Origin: Lytechinus pictus
Lineage: Eukaryota
Length of the DNA: 64,000 nucleotides
NCBI RefSeq assembly: GCF_037042905.1
Contig: NC_087249.1
Location: 14,880,001 to 14,944,000 of the forward strand
Reading direction: 5' to 3'
The number at the start of each line of letters is the position of its first letter. The stretch's first letter is position 1. A program made the position numbers and the translations under genes. This document shows positions 35,433 to 47,959 of this stretch, in pieces. The notes below the pieces were generated by a model. It was not told the DNA's origin. It made no database searches and saw only the letters and a program-made list of their open reading frames with translations.

Positions 35433-37266
35433 CAGTGCGTCCCAAAAAAACTATACACTTTTAATATGGCTGCCAAATAAAAAATGTAGCACTTTGGGGA
35501 AAAAGACTTACATATATGGAAAGCCAATAAAGTCAACTTTCAAATGACACCAAAAGGGTGGAAAACGATTCATGCTTGAGTGAGCACTGCCCACTGAAAC
35601 AAAGGGTATGAAAATTAGGGTGGGCTGGAATTAGCCTTCCAATTTATGTCAGTTTTTGAGAGGCAAATCCTTTCGAACTTGCAAAGTTAAGAGTCGTTTT
35701 GATAAATTAATGATCAACCGTGACCAGTTTTGGTTGCTTAAGCAAATTTTATAAATTATTAAATTGAACTTTAATGCAGGAGTGAACACAAATTACACTT
35801 TTTTGGGCAACATTTCAACTTCATCATTTGGATCTCTTTTTGGGCACTTTCAACTTTATCATTTGGATCTCTTTTTTGGGCAGCATTTCAACTTCAACTA
35901 TCATGTGGATTTCAGCAATGTGTTCATGGGAGTCGGGAGAATGGGGGGTGAGATAGAACTTAACTGGGAGAAGTAGGTTGATGGAATAAGGGTCAACAGA
36001 ACATTCAGCCCCCGCCCCCTACCTCTTTCCCGCCCTCCCCTCCTGTTGAGAGACTGATGGCTATTGGCATGTACGCGTGAAGTCCAGAGCAGAATGTTGA
36101 TTTCAAGATTAATTCTGAATTGGGGCATCAACTTTTTCCTATCAATCATTTAATCAACAATTTATCAGTAAATCAACTTATTCAATGTGCAATGTGATCA
36201 ATCAAACATTCAGTTTTTTTTCAATAAATTATTTCATTAATCATCATAATCATTAAATTTCTTGGTAATCATTCAATAAAAAAATGACCATCAGCCACCG
36301 GTCACTTGGCAGTTAAGTTTTGAATAGGCTACAATCCAGGAAGTGCGACAGAGAGGGGGGGGGGGGGGGGGGCTGGGAAATGGAGGTGGAGAGGGGAGGG
36401 TACATATGACTTTTAATTTGTAAAAGGACAAAAAGAAGAGGAATGCCCTTTTAACCAAGTCTTAGCATATCTCGGCCTCTTGCTTGTAACAGGTACCATC
36501 ACATTACTCTGACTCTCACGAACACACTTCTGAGGTCCACAAGATGAATATGCTACACTAAAATTACAATTCCAGTTCACTCGTGCATTAAATTTCAATT
36601 TAGTAACTCATGAAATTTGCCTAAGAAACCCAAACTTATCTCACTCATTCATTTAGCTTAGCAAGTTCCAAAGGACTAACCACTCAAAAAAACTGTAAGG
36701 CTAGTTCCTGCCCAGCCTAGTCAAGCTTAGTCTCTCAGGAGGAGAGAAGCAGGGGGGGGGGGGTTGAGATGGAAAGAGGGGTTGCTAAATGTTCTGTTGA
36801 CCTTTATCCCATTAACGTACTTCACCTACCTAAGTCATATTACCCCCTCTTCTGACTGTCATGAACACATTGTTCAGATCCACATGATAAAGACAAAATG
36901 GTGCACTAAAAATTGCAATTTATGATCACTCATGCATTAAATTTCAATTTAATAACGCATTAAATTTTCACAAACAACAAACTGATCACAACTGACTTTA
37001 ATTCACCAAATAACCCTCAACTCTGCAAGTACCAAACAAAAAAACCTGAAAGAAATTGGAAGGCTAATTCCGGCCCACCTTAATTTTCATACCCTTTGTT
37101 TCAGTGGGCAGTGCTCGCTCAAGCATGAATAGTTTTCCAGCTTTTTGGTGTCATTTGAAAGTTGACTTTATTGGCTTTCCATACCTATAAGTCTTTTTCC
37201 CCAAAGTGCTACATTATTTATTTGGCAGCCATTTCAAGAGTGTATAGTTTTTTTTGGGACGCACTG
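35433..37266. mobile_element. Non-autonomous Tc1/mariner-type element with long TIRs
   Basis: TA|CAGTGCGTCCCAAAAAAACTATACACT...GGGACGCACTG|TA; TIRs >200 bp; nested in another repeat with direct-repeat units (34920-35240, 37320-37720). Confidence 0.9.
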
Positions 37267-38614
37267 TACTGACACAGACAAAAGAACCATGTTCTGTATT
37301 GACCCTTCATGACTATTTCTGCTCGTTTTGCAGCTTTTCGATTCAGACCTCATCCAACACTTTTGAATCTTGCTCTTTTCGTGATGGCATGATCATAACA
37401 AGCATGGTATCATCTTAAAGAGCATTAAATCATCTTTCGAATGATATCAAATATGCATTGTGCAATATTAGGAGTTGGGAGAAAGGAATGGTCAACTCAG
37501 ATTTCCAAACCCTTTTTGCTCGTTTTGCAGCTTTTCATTTCAGACCTCATCCAACACATTTGAATCCTGCTCTTTTCGTGATGACATGATCATAACAAGT
37601 ATGGTATCATTTTAAAGAGCATTAAATCATCTTTCGAGTGATGTAAAATATGCATTGTTTAAAATTGGGAGTAGGAAGAAATTAATGGCCAAACACAAAT
37701 TTCCAAACTTTTTTTGAGAGGTTTATTTCCGCCCCTGTGGTTCCAATGGTTGATATGATCGGTTGCCATGCTTCCTCGCACACGTACAATCGCCACTCCA
37801 TTACAGCAGCACAGTGTTCGACTGTCGATTAAAATTTTAAAAGTTTCACTGGTGTAAAGAGCAAAATTTCTTTCAAACTCTAGATTGCTTTATCATAGGC
37901 ACTAACTGTGTTTTGGGTTTAAAATGATAAAATAATAAAAAAAAGATAGTCGGATCTCGACTTCAGTGCCCAAGTTGGTACAATATATGGGTGATCTTTT
38001 CCTGACGTTCCCGCATCGTAATGCTTCCTTAGCACCGCAGCTGGTAGATCGATCAACAAACGTTATTAAAACTGTGGCAGAATTGTCATTTTTGCCTTAA
38101 ACCTTATTAGTTGTTTTCAGAATCGTCTCATACAATAGGTTCAGGGGTAACAACAATAGTTTTTTTTTTCCAATTAGTATACCCCTGAGTCCAACATCTA
38201 AAACGACCTTATTTTTCATTTTGTTTGGTTGCCATGTTCCTGCGGAAGGCTTACCCTCCATGCTTATCGATCCCATAAATGTTTCACCACCACAGTCATC
38301 ATTATTAATCTTATTTTTTTATTCGGCAAAGAAAAAAAAGGCAAAAAAAAGTAAAGAACACACACACACAACAAACACACGGTATAAACAATACAGAATA
38401 AGAAATATCAACCATTGGAACGACATGGGCAGAAAAAGTTAGCTACATTACTGTGGCATAGAGCCTCATGTCCCGATTCCAATGATTGATTTACAATATA
38501 TATCAATAGCTAAACAATAATAAAGTACTGGTAATGAAAAGAGATATTAACATGCGACAGGAGTATTCGAAAACAATATGGGATATAATGTAGATCAATT
38601 GCAATTTAAAACTA

Positions 38615-39599
38615 CAGTGCGTATCAAAAAAAGTTTACACTTACAAAACATCCTGTAAAATTATACATTTGTAATATCCTGAAGATTTTTCCACATTTTA
38701 ACATTGGTCCAGATCTATTTAAGCAAATGACGATATAACTGTCGAAAAATATTTCCGCTTGAGTGAGCACCACTTACTTTTGAAAAGTTAGTGAAAAATA
38801 ATTTGCGCAGAACTTTGAAATAGTTATGCGAATAAAAGTAGACCTTAATCATGAAGAACACGTTGAAATTAGCTAGTAAAATTGATTTGAAGATATCTTT
38901 TACCTTTTTAACTTATTTCCTTGCCCAAAACACTTCAAAGAGTGCATTGCGCCCAACCCCACTCCCCCACACACCGAGGCCATCGTGACGATATTTGCTT
39001 TACACCGAGCTGTGATTTACATGAAATGGCTTAGGCTTGATTTTCATTTTGTTAATCATTGTCAAGCTTGGAAAAGGTGTGGAGAAACAATTATTAAATA
39101 AAAAATGAAATGTAAACCCACTTTAAATGATAAAAACTTAGTGAAAAAATGCTGGAGATGTCTGATATAAACTTTTGTTCACATTTAGCTATGTCCTCAG
39201 ATCCAGCTGGCACAAAAGGGGTAAAGGTTGTGCTTACTAAGTGTTGACATTTCAATTTGGGTGGCAAAATTGTTACAAAATGCTTGAATGTATCTGTTTT
39301 ATTTCAATTGACTAAAAGCGCAAGGGAAATGTATGAGAAATGTTTCGCAGGGTAGATTTGATTTCGCCCTTTCCCCTTGACACAGCGTGAAAACTAGCAT
39401 TTCTGCGCAAACAGATTTCTGCGAGCTTTACAAAAATGGACAGTGCTCATTCAAGTGTAACATTCTGTCAAAACTTTTACTTTCATTGGATAGGTGAGAC
39501 ACAAACCTAAGATTATATGTGAAAAAAATACCCACATGTTGTATATTTTTTAATTCCCAGGGCTTTTTCAAAGTGTAAACTTTTTTTTGATACGCACTG
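38615..39599. mobile_element. Tc1/mariner-type MITE
   Basis: TIR CAGTGCGTATCAAAAAAAGTTTACACTT; TA duplication confirmed by the empty site at ~16002. Confidence 0.92.
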
Positions 39600-39757
39600 T
39601 ATACGAGTCTCTCTCCCCTATAATGGTGGCGTCTTGCAAAAGTTACAAGCCTCGATCTACGACTATACTTGGAGACAGTAGCTTGGAGAACTAAAACTGG
39701 AATAGACCTGCCACGCAAGAACCGACAATCGAGCTGATGGTGAATAGCCGTTGTTAC

Positions 39758-42398
39758 GGCTTATTATAATCACTCGGGTCGCGTTCGCGTTCGAAATCAC
39801 TCGGGTTTTGGATTTTTGGCGATTTTTTTATTTCGATGCAATTTTTTTTCTAACGGTGTCTTCAATGGGACAAACACGCTGGGAAAATAAAATGAAATTG
39901 AAATTCTAGTTTCGTTTTAAGCCGGCAAGTACCTTAGATAAAATGCACTCGCCTACTGCTTAACATAACAAACAAACAAATCAGCCATGTGGCTCAACTA
40001 TCCTAGAATACATCCAGACTTCTACTGTTTTTATACGAGGACTCCGAGTCGGAACTTGCCATATCTGCCACATCGATATGACATCGTCATTCCCATGTGC
40101 GGACATGCATGCCTGCATGCAATGGTTTATTATAATCACTCGGGTCGCGTTCGCGTTCGAAATCACTCGGGTCGCGTTCGAAATCACTCGGGTTTTGTTT
40201 TTTTTGCGATTTTTTTTTTATTTCGATGCGATTTTTTTTCTAACGGTGTCTTCAATGGGACAAACACGCTGGGCAAATAAAATGAAATTGAAATTCTAGT
40301 TTCGTTTTAAGCCAGCAAATGCCTTAAATAAAATGCATCATCTTAAAGGCGCAAGTGCAATTAAAATGTAATAGAAGTCGCAAGCACGCGCGATGATTCG
40401 GAACATGTTATTAAAATGCTGTGGGGAGGTAACGTTTTCAAATCAATTTATTACTATCTTCAGAAATTAACTTTTGATAACCAAGAACAAATATAAAAGA
40501 AGCGGGGTCCGCTATCACCACGAGGTTGAAGAGAAGTGTCTATCATCATAAAGGAGGTAAGAGAGTAGTGCAGTGATGTCCGTCGGTAATACGACCTTTA
40601 CAAGTTCAAGGCGGCGTCCGCTATCACCACGAGGTTGAAGAGAAGATATCTATCCTCGTAAACATCGTCAGAGATAATACTGCGTCTTTCTCCCTGATTA
40701 ATGCGACCTCTAAATAGCTAGCACCTCAAAAAAATCTTGAAATATGTTCTGAACGATCACGCACTGTAACTAGATCTACGCCGATATTTTATATCCGATT
40801 TTTCCTTCAAGGGGCATGATCGAAGATTGGCAGGTGATCGCGCCGATTGTGGTAAAATCGGGTAAAATCGGGAGCCGATTTTAAAATCGGTTAATTAAAA
40901 CAGGTACAATTACGATTTTAAAATTAATTTAAAATCGATTTCCAAAATCAATTTTAAAATCGATCTAAGATAAATTTTAGATCAGTTTTAGTATTAGTTT
41001 TTAAAAGCCCATTCACATTTTTACTGATGCTGACGAAAAGTTAGTTTGGTTGTCAGAGCATTATTTGTCCTGCGTCTAAATAACTATGTCCGATCGAAGG
41101 ACCGTTTTAATTTCGGAAAGGTAGGAGAGACAGAGAGAGAGACTGATCCCCGTTCAGCTCAACGTATACGTTTGGCACGCGAGCACAAAGAAGATCAATT
41201 AAGCACATCACCTAATGCAATGTTTCGAGAATTTAGGTAGGGAATTTTTTAGGTCTCCAGTTACTTAAAACATGATATGGCCATTTTATCTATAAAATAA
41301 GACAAATTTTATGAGAAATGGACAATAGTTAAGAGCAGAATTTTAAAACGCCTATCGGAAAGATCGTCCTCAAAGCTCATTACGTATTAGACAGCTGGCA
41401 GCCGTCTGTTTCGAGTTTTTTAACATTTTTATTTCTCCTCGTACACAGACGGCTCGCTATGGTGCAACCATCATTACGGGGTTAACAATGCAAAATCCCC
41501 CAGACGGCGCTCATCGATTTTTGTCTTTATTTCATAAAAATATATGGAAAGAACTGTATCAAATAAATATTATTATTCCGTTTTGTCCTAAAATGCACAC
41601 AAAAAAGAGAAAATAAACTTAAAAGGGGAAAAACAGTAACTAATTGCTTCGGCTGTCGCGCAACTTCACTTCCCCGTTTTATTGGAACGTAATGCATAAA
41701 CATATGGCCATTGAGTCCCTGTACAGATCGAGCTAGAACTTCGGTCTCTGTATTGGTGAGTGGAGCTAATGGAGTTCAGCGGAACAACGAACATTACAGA
41801 CTGGAGACCGAAGCTTTTGGTCTAATTACGTATATATGCATTAAACCACGGATGGCTGGCTATGCATACCGCTGAATAAAATACTTTCGGACGAGCTGCA
41901 GACTGACTGGCACTGTAACGTGGGATCTAACTCGACTGGACTCACGTTACCTTGCTCCATGCTACCGATGCACGCCGTGTCCGACCGTGGCCGGGTCCCG
42001 CCTTGGGGCCATTGCATGCAGGCATACATGTCCGTACATGGGAATGACGATGTAATATCGATGTGGCAGATATGGCAAGTTCCGACTCGGAGTCCTCGTA
42101 TAAAAACAGTAGAAGTCTGGATGTATTCTAGGATAGTTGAGCCACATGGTTGATTTGCTTGTTTGTTATGTTAAGCAGTAGGCGAGTGCCTTTTATTTAA
42201 GGCACTTGCCGGCTTAAAACGAAACTAGAATTTGAATTTCATTTTATTTTCCCAGCGTGTTTGTCCCATTGAAGACACCGTTAGAAAAAAAATCGCATCG
42301 AAATAAAAAAAATCGCCAAAAATCCAAAACCCGAGTGATTTCGAACGCGACCCGAGTGATTTCGAACGCGAACGCGACCCGAGTGATTATAACAAGCC
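39758..42398. mobile_element. Non-autonomous DNA transposon with GG..CC ends, 8-bp TSD and ~370-bp TIRs (Merlin-like)
   Basis: TSD GTTGTTAC at 39750-39757 and 42399-42406; single copy at the empty site ~16152; left TIR partly duplicated. Confidence 0.88.
41388..41824. mobile_element. Second copy of the TAGAC...GTCTA 9-bp-TSD element
   Basis: TSD ATTACGTAT at 41379-41387 and 41825-41833; aligns to 6101-6545. Confidence 0.9.
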
Positions 42399-42856
42399 GT
42401 TGTTACACCAGGAAATTCGGTAGCCTCGTAAGGTTCGCAAATTTAAACTTTGTTTAAATGGGAAGGGGGCACAAAATGATCAATAGATGATTCGATCGTG
42501 AACTAACGTTCCCCTACCTACCGCCTCCAACAAAACCATCTTTAATTCCTAAATTCCACATTGACGAGAAGAGTAAATTGCTGATGCTACTTAAAAACCC
42601 CGACATAGTTTCTCAGTATCCAGGAATATGATTTTGTGTTATATGTATTGGTGATGGCTGTAGCGAAGAATGGGCAGTCGTGTAGCAGCTGCCTTTAAAG
42701 AGACAGCTGCGACTGGAGTTGGAGGTTGATCATCAGGACCATGACTGGGTACAGAATGCTGTAATGAGTTGGTAGACTGATTGATGGATCTGGGTTAACA
42801 TATTGATTCATGCGCGAAGCGCGAGCTAATATTTTGAATTTCTGACCTGAAACCAG

Positions 42857-43011
42857 GGGAGCGTTTCATGAAGGGACTTTGTCTGACAAGTTCTGTTTTA
42901 TCCGACAATTACCATAGTAACCATGGTAACAGTACCTCTCAGCCAATCAGAATTAAGGAAAGATGTCAGATCTGACAACTTGTCGGACAAAAATGTTGAT
43001 GAAACGCTCCC
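42857..43011. mobile_element. PIF/Harbinger-type MITE, adjacent to a second MITE (~43015-43149)
   Basis: CAG|GGGAGCGTTTCA...TGAAACGCTCCC|CAG. Confidence 0.8.
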
Positions 43012-43449
43012 CAGGGCTCCGTAACACAAAGATTAGCGATCAATCGTTAAATGAATTGACCAATCAAGATCAATGTTACACGCGCATTTGTCGCAAAATA
43101 TATATTCAATATATATTTGCTATTCATCGCAAACCTTTGTGTTACGGCCTGTTTGTTATCACGAACAAAATGCGTATCTCACTAAAAATTAATCCGAGCG
43201 CGAAGGTGTGATGAAATAATTAACATACATACCTGAAAAGAGCTATATTAATGACTATTTGCAGTGACTCATGAACAAAATGTATATCTCTTTAATCAAA
43301 ACATGCGAGCGCGAAGCGTGAGCTGAAATTATTTGAGATTCTGATTGAAAACTGGAAATGTGTACCACCTTTGCAATCATAAATAGGATTGGTATCTTAT
43401 CAAACAACTAATGCGAGCACAAAACTCGATCTAAGTTTTTTTAAAGTTA

Positions 43450-44085
43450 GATTTAATTTCCCTCCCCAACAGAAGCAAGTTTATATTATAGTTAATTAAG
43501 TCTATCTCACAAAATTGTATCGAACCTAAATCATTTCTCCAATCACTTGGAATTGCATGATATATTTAACCTATTGTAAACAAATGATCACTTCCCATAC
43601 CAAGGTTAAAAAAGTATGCGACTGGTTTAACATATCCATTGTCAATGATATGTTTCACCTTAATTAACCCTCGTTTTAATAAATCTTTATCAAATATCAT
43701 CTTATTTTCTATACAAATATTCTTATTATTAAAAATGATTGGATTTTTAGAACCATTGAAATGTCTTAAATTATCGATCTCTTGCCAAGCATCTAGCATT
43801 TCCAAATAATACGATGGAATCTTCAACTTACTTTTTATCTTTTTCATTTCATAATCACATAGAAAAATTAACCTTTCTCCAACTGAACTTAGGGAATAAT
43901 AACAAATAACTTCCACCCCAGATTTCTTTCTCCATACAAAAGTCTTTTTACCCATATAATACGCTGCGTTCTAACAAATATTTCAAAATTTATCATTTTA
44001 ACCCCACCACAATAATACTTCTGATACATAATTTTTCTTTTAATACGATCTTTCCCTCCCCATATAAAATCAAATGATAATTTGA
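43450..44085 (-). mobile_element. Tx1/L1-clade ORF2 fragment
   Basis: FDFIWGGKDRIKRK..GGVKMINF..WVKRL, YYLEMLDAW, IIFNNKNI motifs. Confidence 0.75.
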
Positions 44086-44649
44086 TTTTATACACCCACA
44101 TACACACACACGCTATTTCACTCTCCTGTTAATCCTCTCTTTTATATTAGCTGTGCACATACAATTCAAAATTTACATTTTTCATCCTAAAACAAAACCG
44201 AAACGAAAAGGATCTTTGCTAGTCAACAAAATGTTTGAAAGAAATTTATTTCAATATTATTTATGTTTCAATAAAAAGACTGAGTAAATTGGTTTCTACG
44301 TGTTAGTTTGATATTAACTATAAACTAAGTACATGATTTAGTGTGATTTTAGTCAAATTCCCTGTACAATGTTAAACACAAATTAAATGTTTTTTTTTTG
44401 TTGTTGTTGGGGGGGGGGGGGGGGGCCATGAACTGTAAACAAAGAATAAAGATTGGAATGACAACAGCAAAACTTAAGAGTAACCTTCCATTGATCAATC
44501 TAATCACTAAAACTCTCGAGTTGTTTTAGTTCATGGTAATTTGTCTGTGTACATAAAAAATCAATTCGCCATCGAACCCATTCTGATTTTATAAAAGGAC
44601 GAAGTTTATTTGCTTATCTAAGTAATGTTCAAATGTTAAGAAATTAACG

Positions 44650-45560
44650 AAATAGATGAAATAGATAGATAGATAAGAAAAGATAAGATAGATAAAATAA
44701 ATAAGATAGATTAGATAGATAGATATTTATTCGTCTTTCTTTCTGCACATATATTTTGTCTTAATAAGTGTGATTTCACATTCTACAAATGCGAATCAAT
44801 CATAAACCGTTGTTTCAGTAGAAAAAGGAAACACAGCAAATAACGAATTACGTATTGAACGTACAAGGAGAACCCCTAAAAGGCAGGGCTTGTAAGGCTA
44901 GGGTCTCCTTTGTTTCAAGTAAATGACTAAATAGTATTCAGTGTATACATGTAATATCTCTAAAACTAGAAAAAAAACTACTAAAAAACAACCAAGAAAA
45001 CAAACTTAAACTAATCAATTACAAAAACACACAAAAAAGAATAGAGTAAATCGCTTGAATATACCATTTTTAAGTCTAATAAACTAACAACAATAAAATT
45101 AAGTGATATATGATGGAAGAAGAATAAAACATGCTAAGGTGAAAGAAACACAAGAAAAGAATACAAAAGGAAAAAACGGGCTGACCCTCTGCAGAAGAAT
45201 CCAGTTAGACAAGATACAAGAAAAATAGATACTGATATATCATAACATTCTCCTGTCTTCTGTACACTTTTTATAGGCTCCAAAAGTAAAAAAAAACAGT
45301 ATAAAAAAGCATATCTTAACCTAGAGCGACTCACAAATAACAATTAAGAAGATAACCTTTAAGTACACGCTGAAAAGTATATATGCTTACCGATTTTTTT
45401 TATATTTGAATTGAGAGAATTCCAGAACCTGGGTCCAGTACTTACAACTGCCCTAAAAGCAAAGCTTGTACGTAACTTTGGTAAGTGGAATGCAGAAGCA
45501 TTTCGTGTATAAGGTAATGATCATTGTTAGTGATCAGTAACATTTTGAGAGAGACAAGTG
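44650..45560 (-). mobile_element. CR1/L2 LINE 3' end with (CTAT)n tail
   Basis: YTRNASAFHLPK..GPRFWNSL remnant, 3' UTR stem-loop at ~44867-44910, AATAAA and microsatellite tail. Confidence 0.7.
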
Positions 45561-45789
45561 TTAGCTTTATTGAAGAATAAGTCAGATGCTTAACTATGTA
45601 AATAGTTTAAATTGAGTTAGAACGTGCATCTGATCACCAGTTGCATATCATGTGAATTAATCATAGCGGGGAACTTGCATTATAATATGCAGCATTCATA
45701 TCGCGCTTAATATAAATGATTTTAAGCGCTCCATACTATTACACCGGCTCTATAATGACATGTGCTCGTATAATACCCCTTTCATAAAC

Positions 45790-46130
45790 CCAATAAAACC
45801 TATCCTCCAATTAGCCGCCTAAGAGTAATGCGGATAATTCAATAAAAATTGCGTTCACAAACTCCGAAAATTATCCGCATTATTTTTACGAGCGCCCGTC
45901 CTGAAAAAGGCGGATAATCGTCATGACAACTGGACACGTCCCCTCCGATGCGGTTGTGTTGGAAAAGGGTGACCTTGTGACCGCACCATGGCAATTATCC
46001 GCATTATTTGGAAATACGTTCATAAACTCAAAATCTTGTCCCGATGCCGCTATTATGCGGATAATAGCAGCATCAGAATAATGCGGATAACTCTTGTCCT
46101 CCTCTGATTTTACGACCAAATTATGCTGCT
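45790..46130. repeat. MITE-like stretch with dispersed GCGGATAAT/ATTATCCGC units
   Basis: At least six copies in both orientations. Confidence 0.55.
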
Positions 46131-46149
46131 ATTATTTTCCCTGTATAAC

Positions 46150-46390
46150 CACCAAATTCCTCTGCAGGCGTAAATAACATTGTTGCCAGTATAATGAACC
46201 AAGTGAATACTCATGCAATTGTAATTAGAGACTTTAACTGTGACATGAGCTCTGCCAAGAGTGATTCATGGTCAACCATCTTACAATCAATTATGTCAGG
46301 GTTATCATTTTATCAACTTATTGACCAGCCCTCTACGGAAACACTTTCTTCTGAAACAATAATAGACGTGATATTTTGTACTGGTCTGGA
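46150..46390 (+). mobile_element. Decayed LINE APE endonuclease fragment
   Basis: IVIRDFNCD, QLIDQPST, TIIDVIF. Confidence 0.6.
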
Positions 46391-46454
46391 AAAGACACAA
46401 TATATTATATATATTATAGTATATTATATTATTATATTTGCATTTGAGCGCAGC

Positions 46455-47060
46455 TTTAGATGGCGTAGTCTTTTCTAGTAGCACACGGTCCAGGGGAATT
46501 TTCGTCACTGCTCCGAGTTAAAGAATAGACCTTTCCCGTGATCCCAGAGTAGCAGTGAAGGAAAGCATCCTGCCAGGCATTAATAACCATATACGGACGT
46601 CACTGCTGAAGAAGTGCAAGTGCACTGGTTGGTGGTGAGACATTTCCTTTTCAAACGCCGCAAGGCCAACCGGTTTACGACCGTGCTGCACTGGTCGTCA
46701 TCCGCCCTTTATGCATCACCAAGATGTGCCTCAGTGTTCCCAGTGAGAGACTTCTGTCCGGAAGTTCCTCTTGGTGTCGCCAGAGGTTAGGATGAAATCA
46801 AAGTCGACTTGACGGATGGCTAATTACACCGGAAGATTGGACAGGAGCCGTAGGATGCATTCCCACTGTGCTGGCGTGTATTTCGCCACCTATTTTGAAT
46901 GGATCCGTTAGGCAAATTTCCGATTGGAGTCAATTATTTGGCCCAAAACCTCTTCTTCGAAATCCAGATGGGAGAAGTTCAAAGGATCACAATAAATAAG
47001 AGCTCCGCCAGTTATGGGTAGATACATGTAGTGGTCCGTGTCACGGTCTTGGAGCATTAC
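46455..47060 (-). pseudogene. Decayed intronless TatD-family nuclease
   Basis: Ordered motif remnants GGALIYCDP, RIHSK (GIHPK), AIRQVDFD (AIGEVGLD), ILVMH (shifted frame), PVHLHFF, IPLDRVLLE, with multiple stops. Confidence 0.7.
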
Positions 47061-47369
47061 TCGGCGCACATCTTGGGTTCCTGACGCGGAATTGGTCAGC
47101 TTACCATGATATCTAAGCAAATATCTGAAAAACAACACTATATATATATAATTTTTTTTTTTTGGGGGGGGCTGAAATAGGCACATGTATACTCTCCAAT
47201 CTGATGATGAAAGAGTACTGAGAAAAAAAATATTTTTGAGCGGCTCTGAAAAAAATCATAAAATGCCTAATATCTCAACTTGTGCAAAATGTGATATTAC
47301 GTTTTCCATTGGGAGGCAGACTAGCAGGTCTTAGGTTAGTGTTAGAAGAAGTCTAAGACTAACCTAAGA

Positions 47370-47683
47370 ATGAGTGGGCTCTGCAATCTCTGCCTTGAAG
47401 AGAAGTACATCATTATCACCAATAGCAAAAAGTGCCTCAACAAAAGATCAGAAATAATATCAAAGTGCCGCCATAGACACCGGCCAAGACCCCCAGAAAA
47501 CCAATCAGGTGTGACGACCCATCGCAGCACGCAGACACAACCAAGTCGTCAAATCATCAGTCTGCCTGAAGATCGCCGAAAGTGTGAAACCGTCGCGACG
47601 GTAGTAGACCGAACTGACCAAGGTATGAATATATATATGCTCTGCCCCGGCATTGAGCACTTTTTGGAAACCTCAACCAATCC

Positions 47684-47684
<1 letters not shown>
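47370..47684 (+). mobile_element. Penelope-like 3' fragment ending at (TA)n(GA)n
   Basis: LCNLCLEEKYII..LNKRSEIISKCRH motif; hammerhead. Confidence 0.85.
47560..47609 (+). ncRNA. Type I hammerhead ribozyme (variant stem II)
   Basis: gtctgc-CTGAAGA-tcgccgaaagtgt-GAAA-ccgtcgcgacgg-TA-gtagac; predicted cleavage after 47603. Confidence 0.78.
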
Positions 47685-47758
<74 letters not shown>

Positions 47759-47812
47759 ACATCTTCATGAGATAATACATTAAGTTCCAACGAAAACTTT
47801 ATTCCAATGTAT

Positions 47813-47855
47813 ATTCCAATTTTTCGACTCAACACCACGTCTTCTTCAGGGATAC
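47813..47855 (-). ncRNA. Minimal hammerhead-like motif of an opposite-strand Penelope end
   Basis: tcc-CTGAAGA-agac..gtc-GAAA-aa-TT-gga followed by AATAAA; stems I and III are very short. Confidence 0.55.
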
Positions 47856-47959
47856 AAAACTCACAATGACATGGTTCATTCATGATTGTGGTGGTCATGG
47901 ATACTCGCGGTTATAGAAAAACATAATAATAATAATAATAATAAAAATAATAATAATAA

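Larger units (their letters stand above)
37770..42790 (-). pseudogene. Diverged relic of a third paralog: 3' flank/UTR and end of the last exon, expanded by nested TEs
   Basis: 38210-38612, 39602-39757 and 42399-42790 align to 15590-16460; 37770-38200 aligns to 49975-50380; 42790-42640 encodes SINQSTNSLQHSVPSHGPDDQPPTPVAAVSL. Confidence 0.82.

Noticed and set aside
39981-42457. Short ORFs repeated on both strands (MISNATRV.., MWLNYPR..)
   Set aside because: By-products of the long TIRs of the 39758-42398 element
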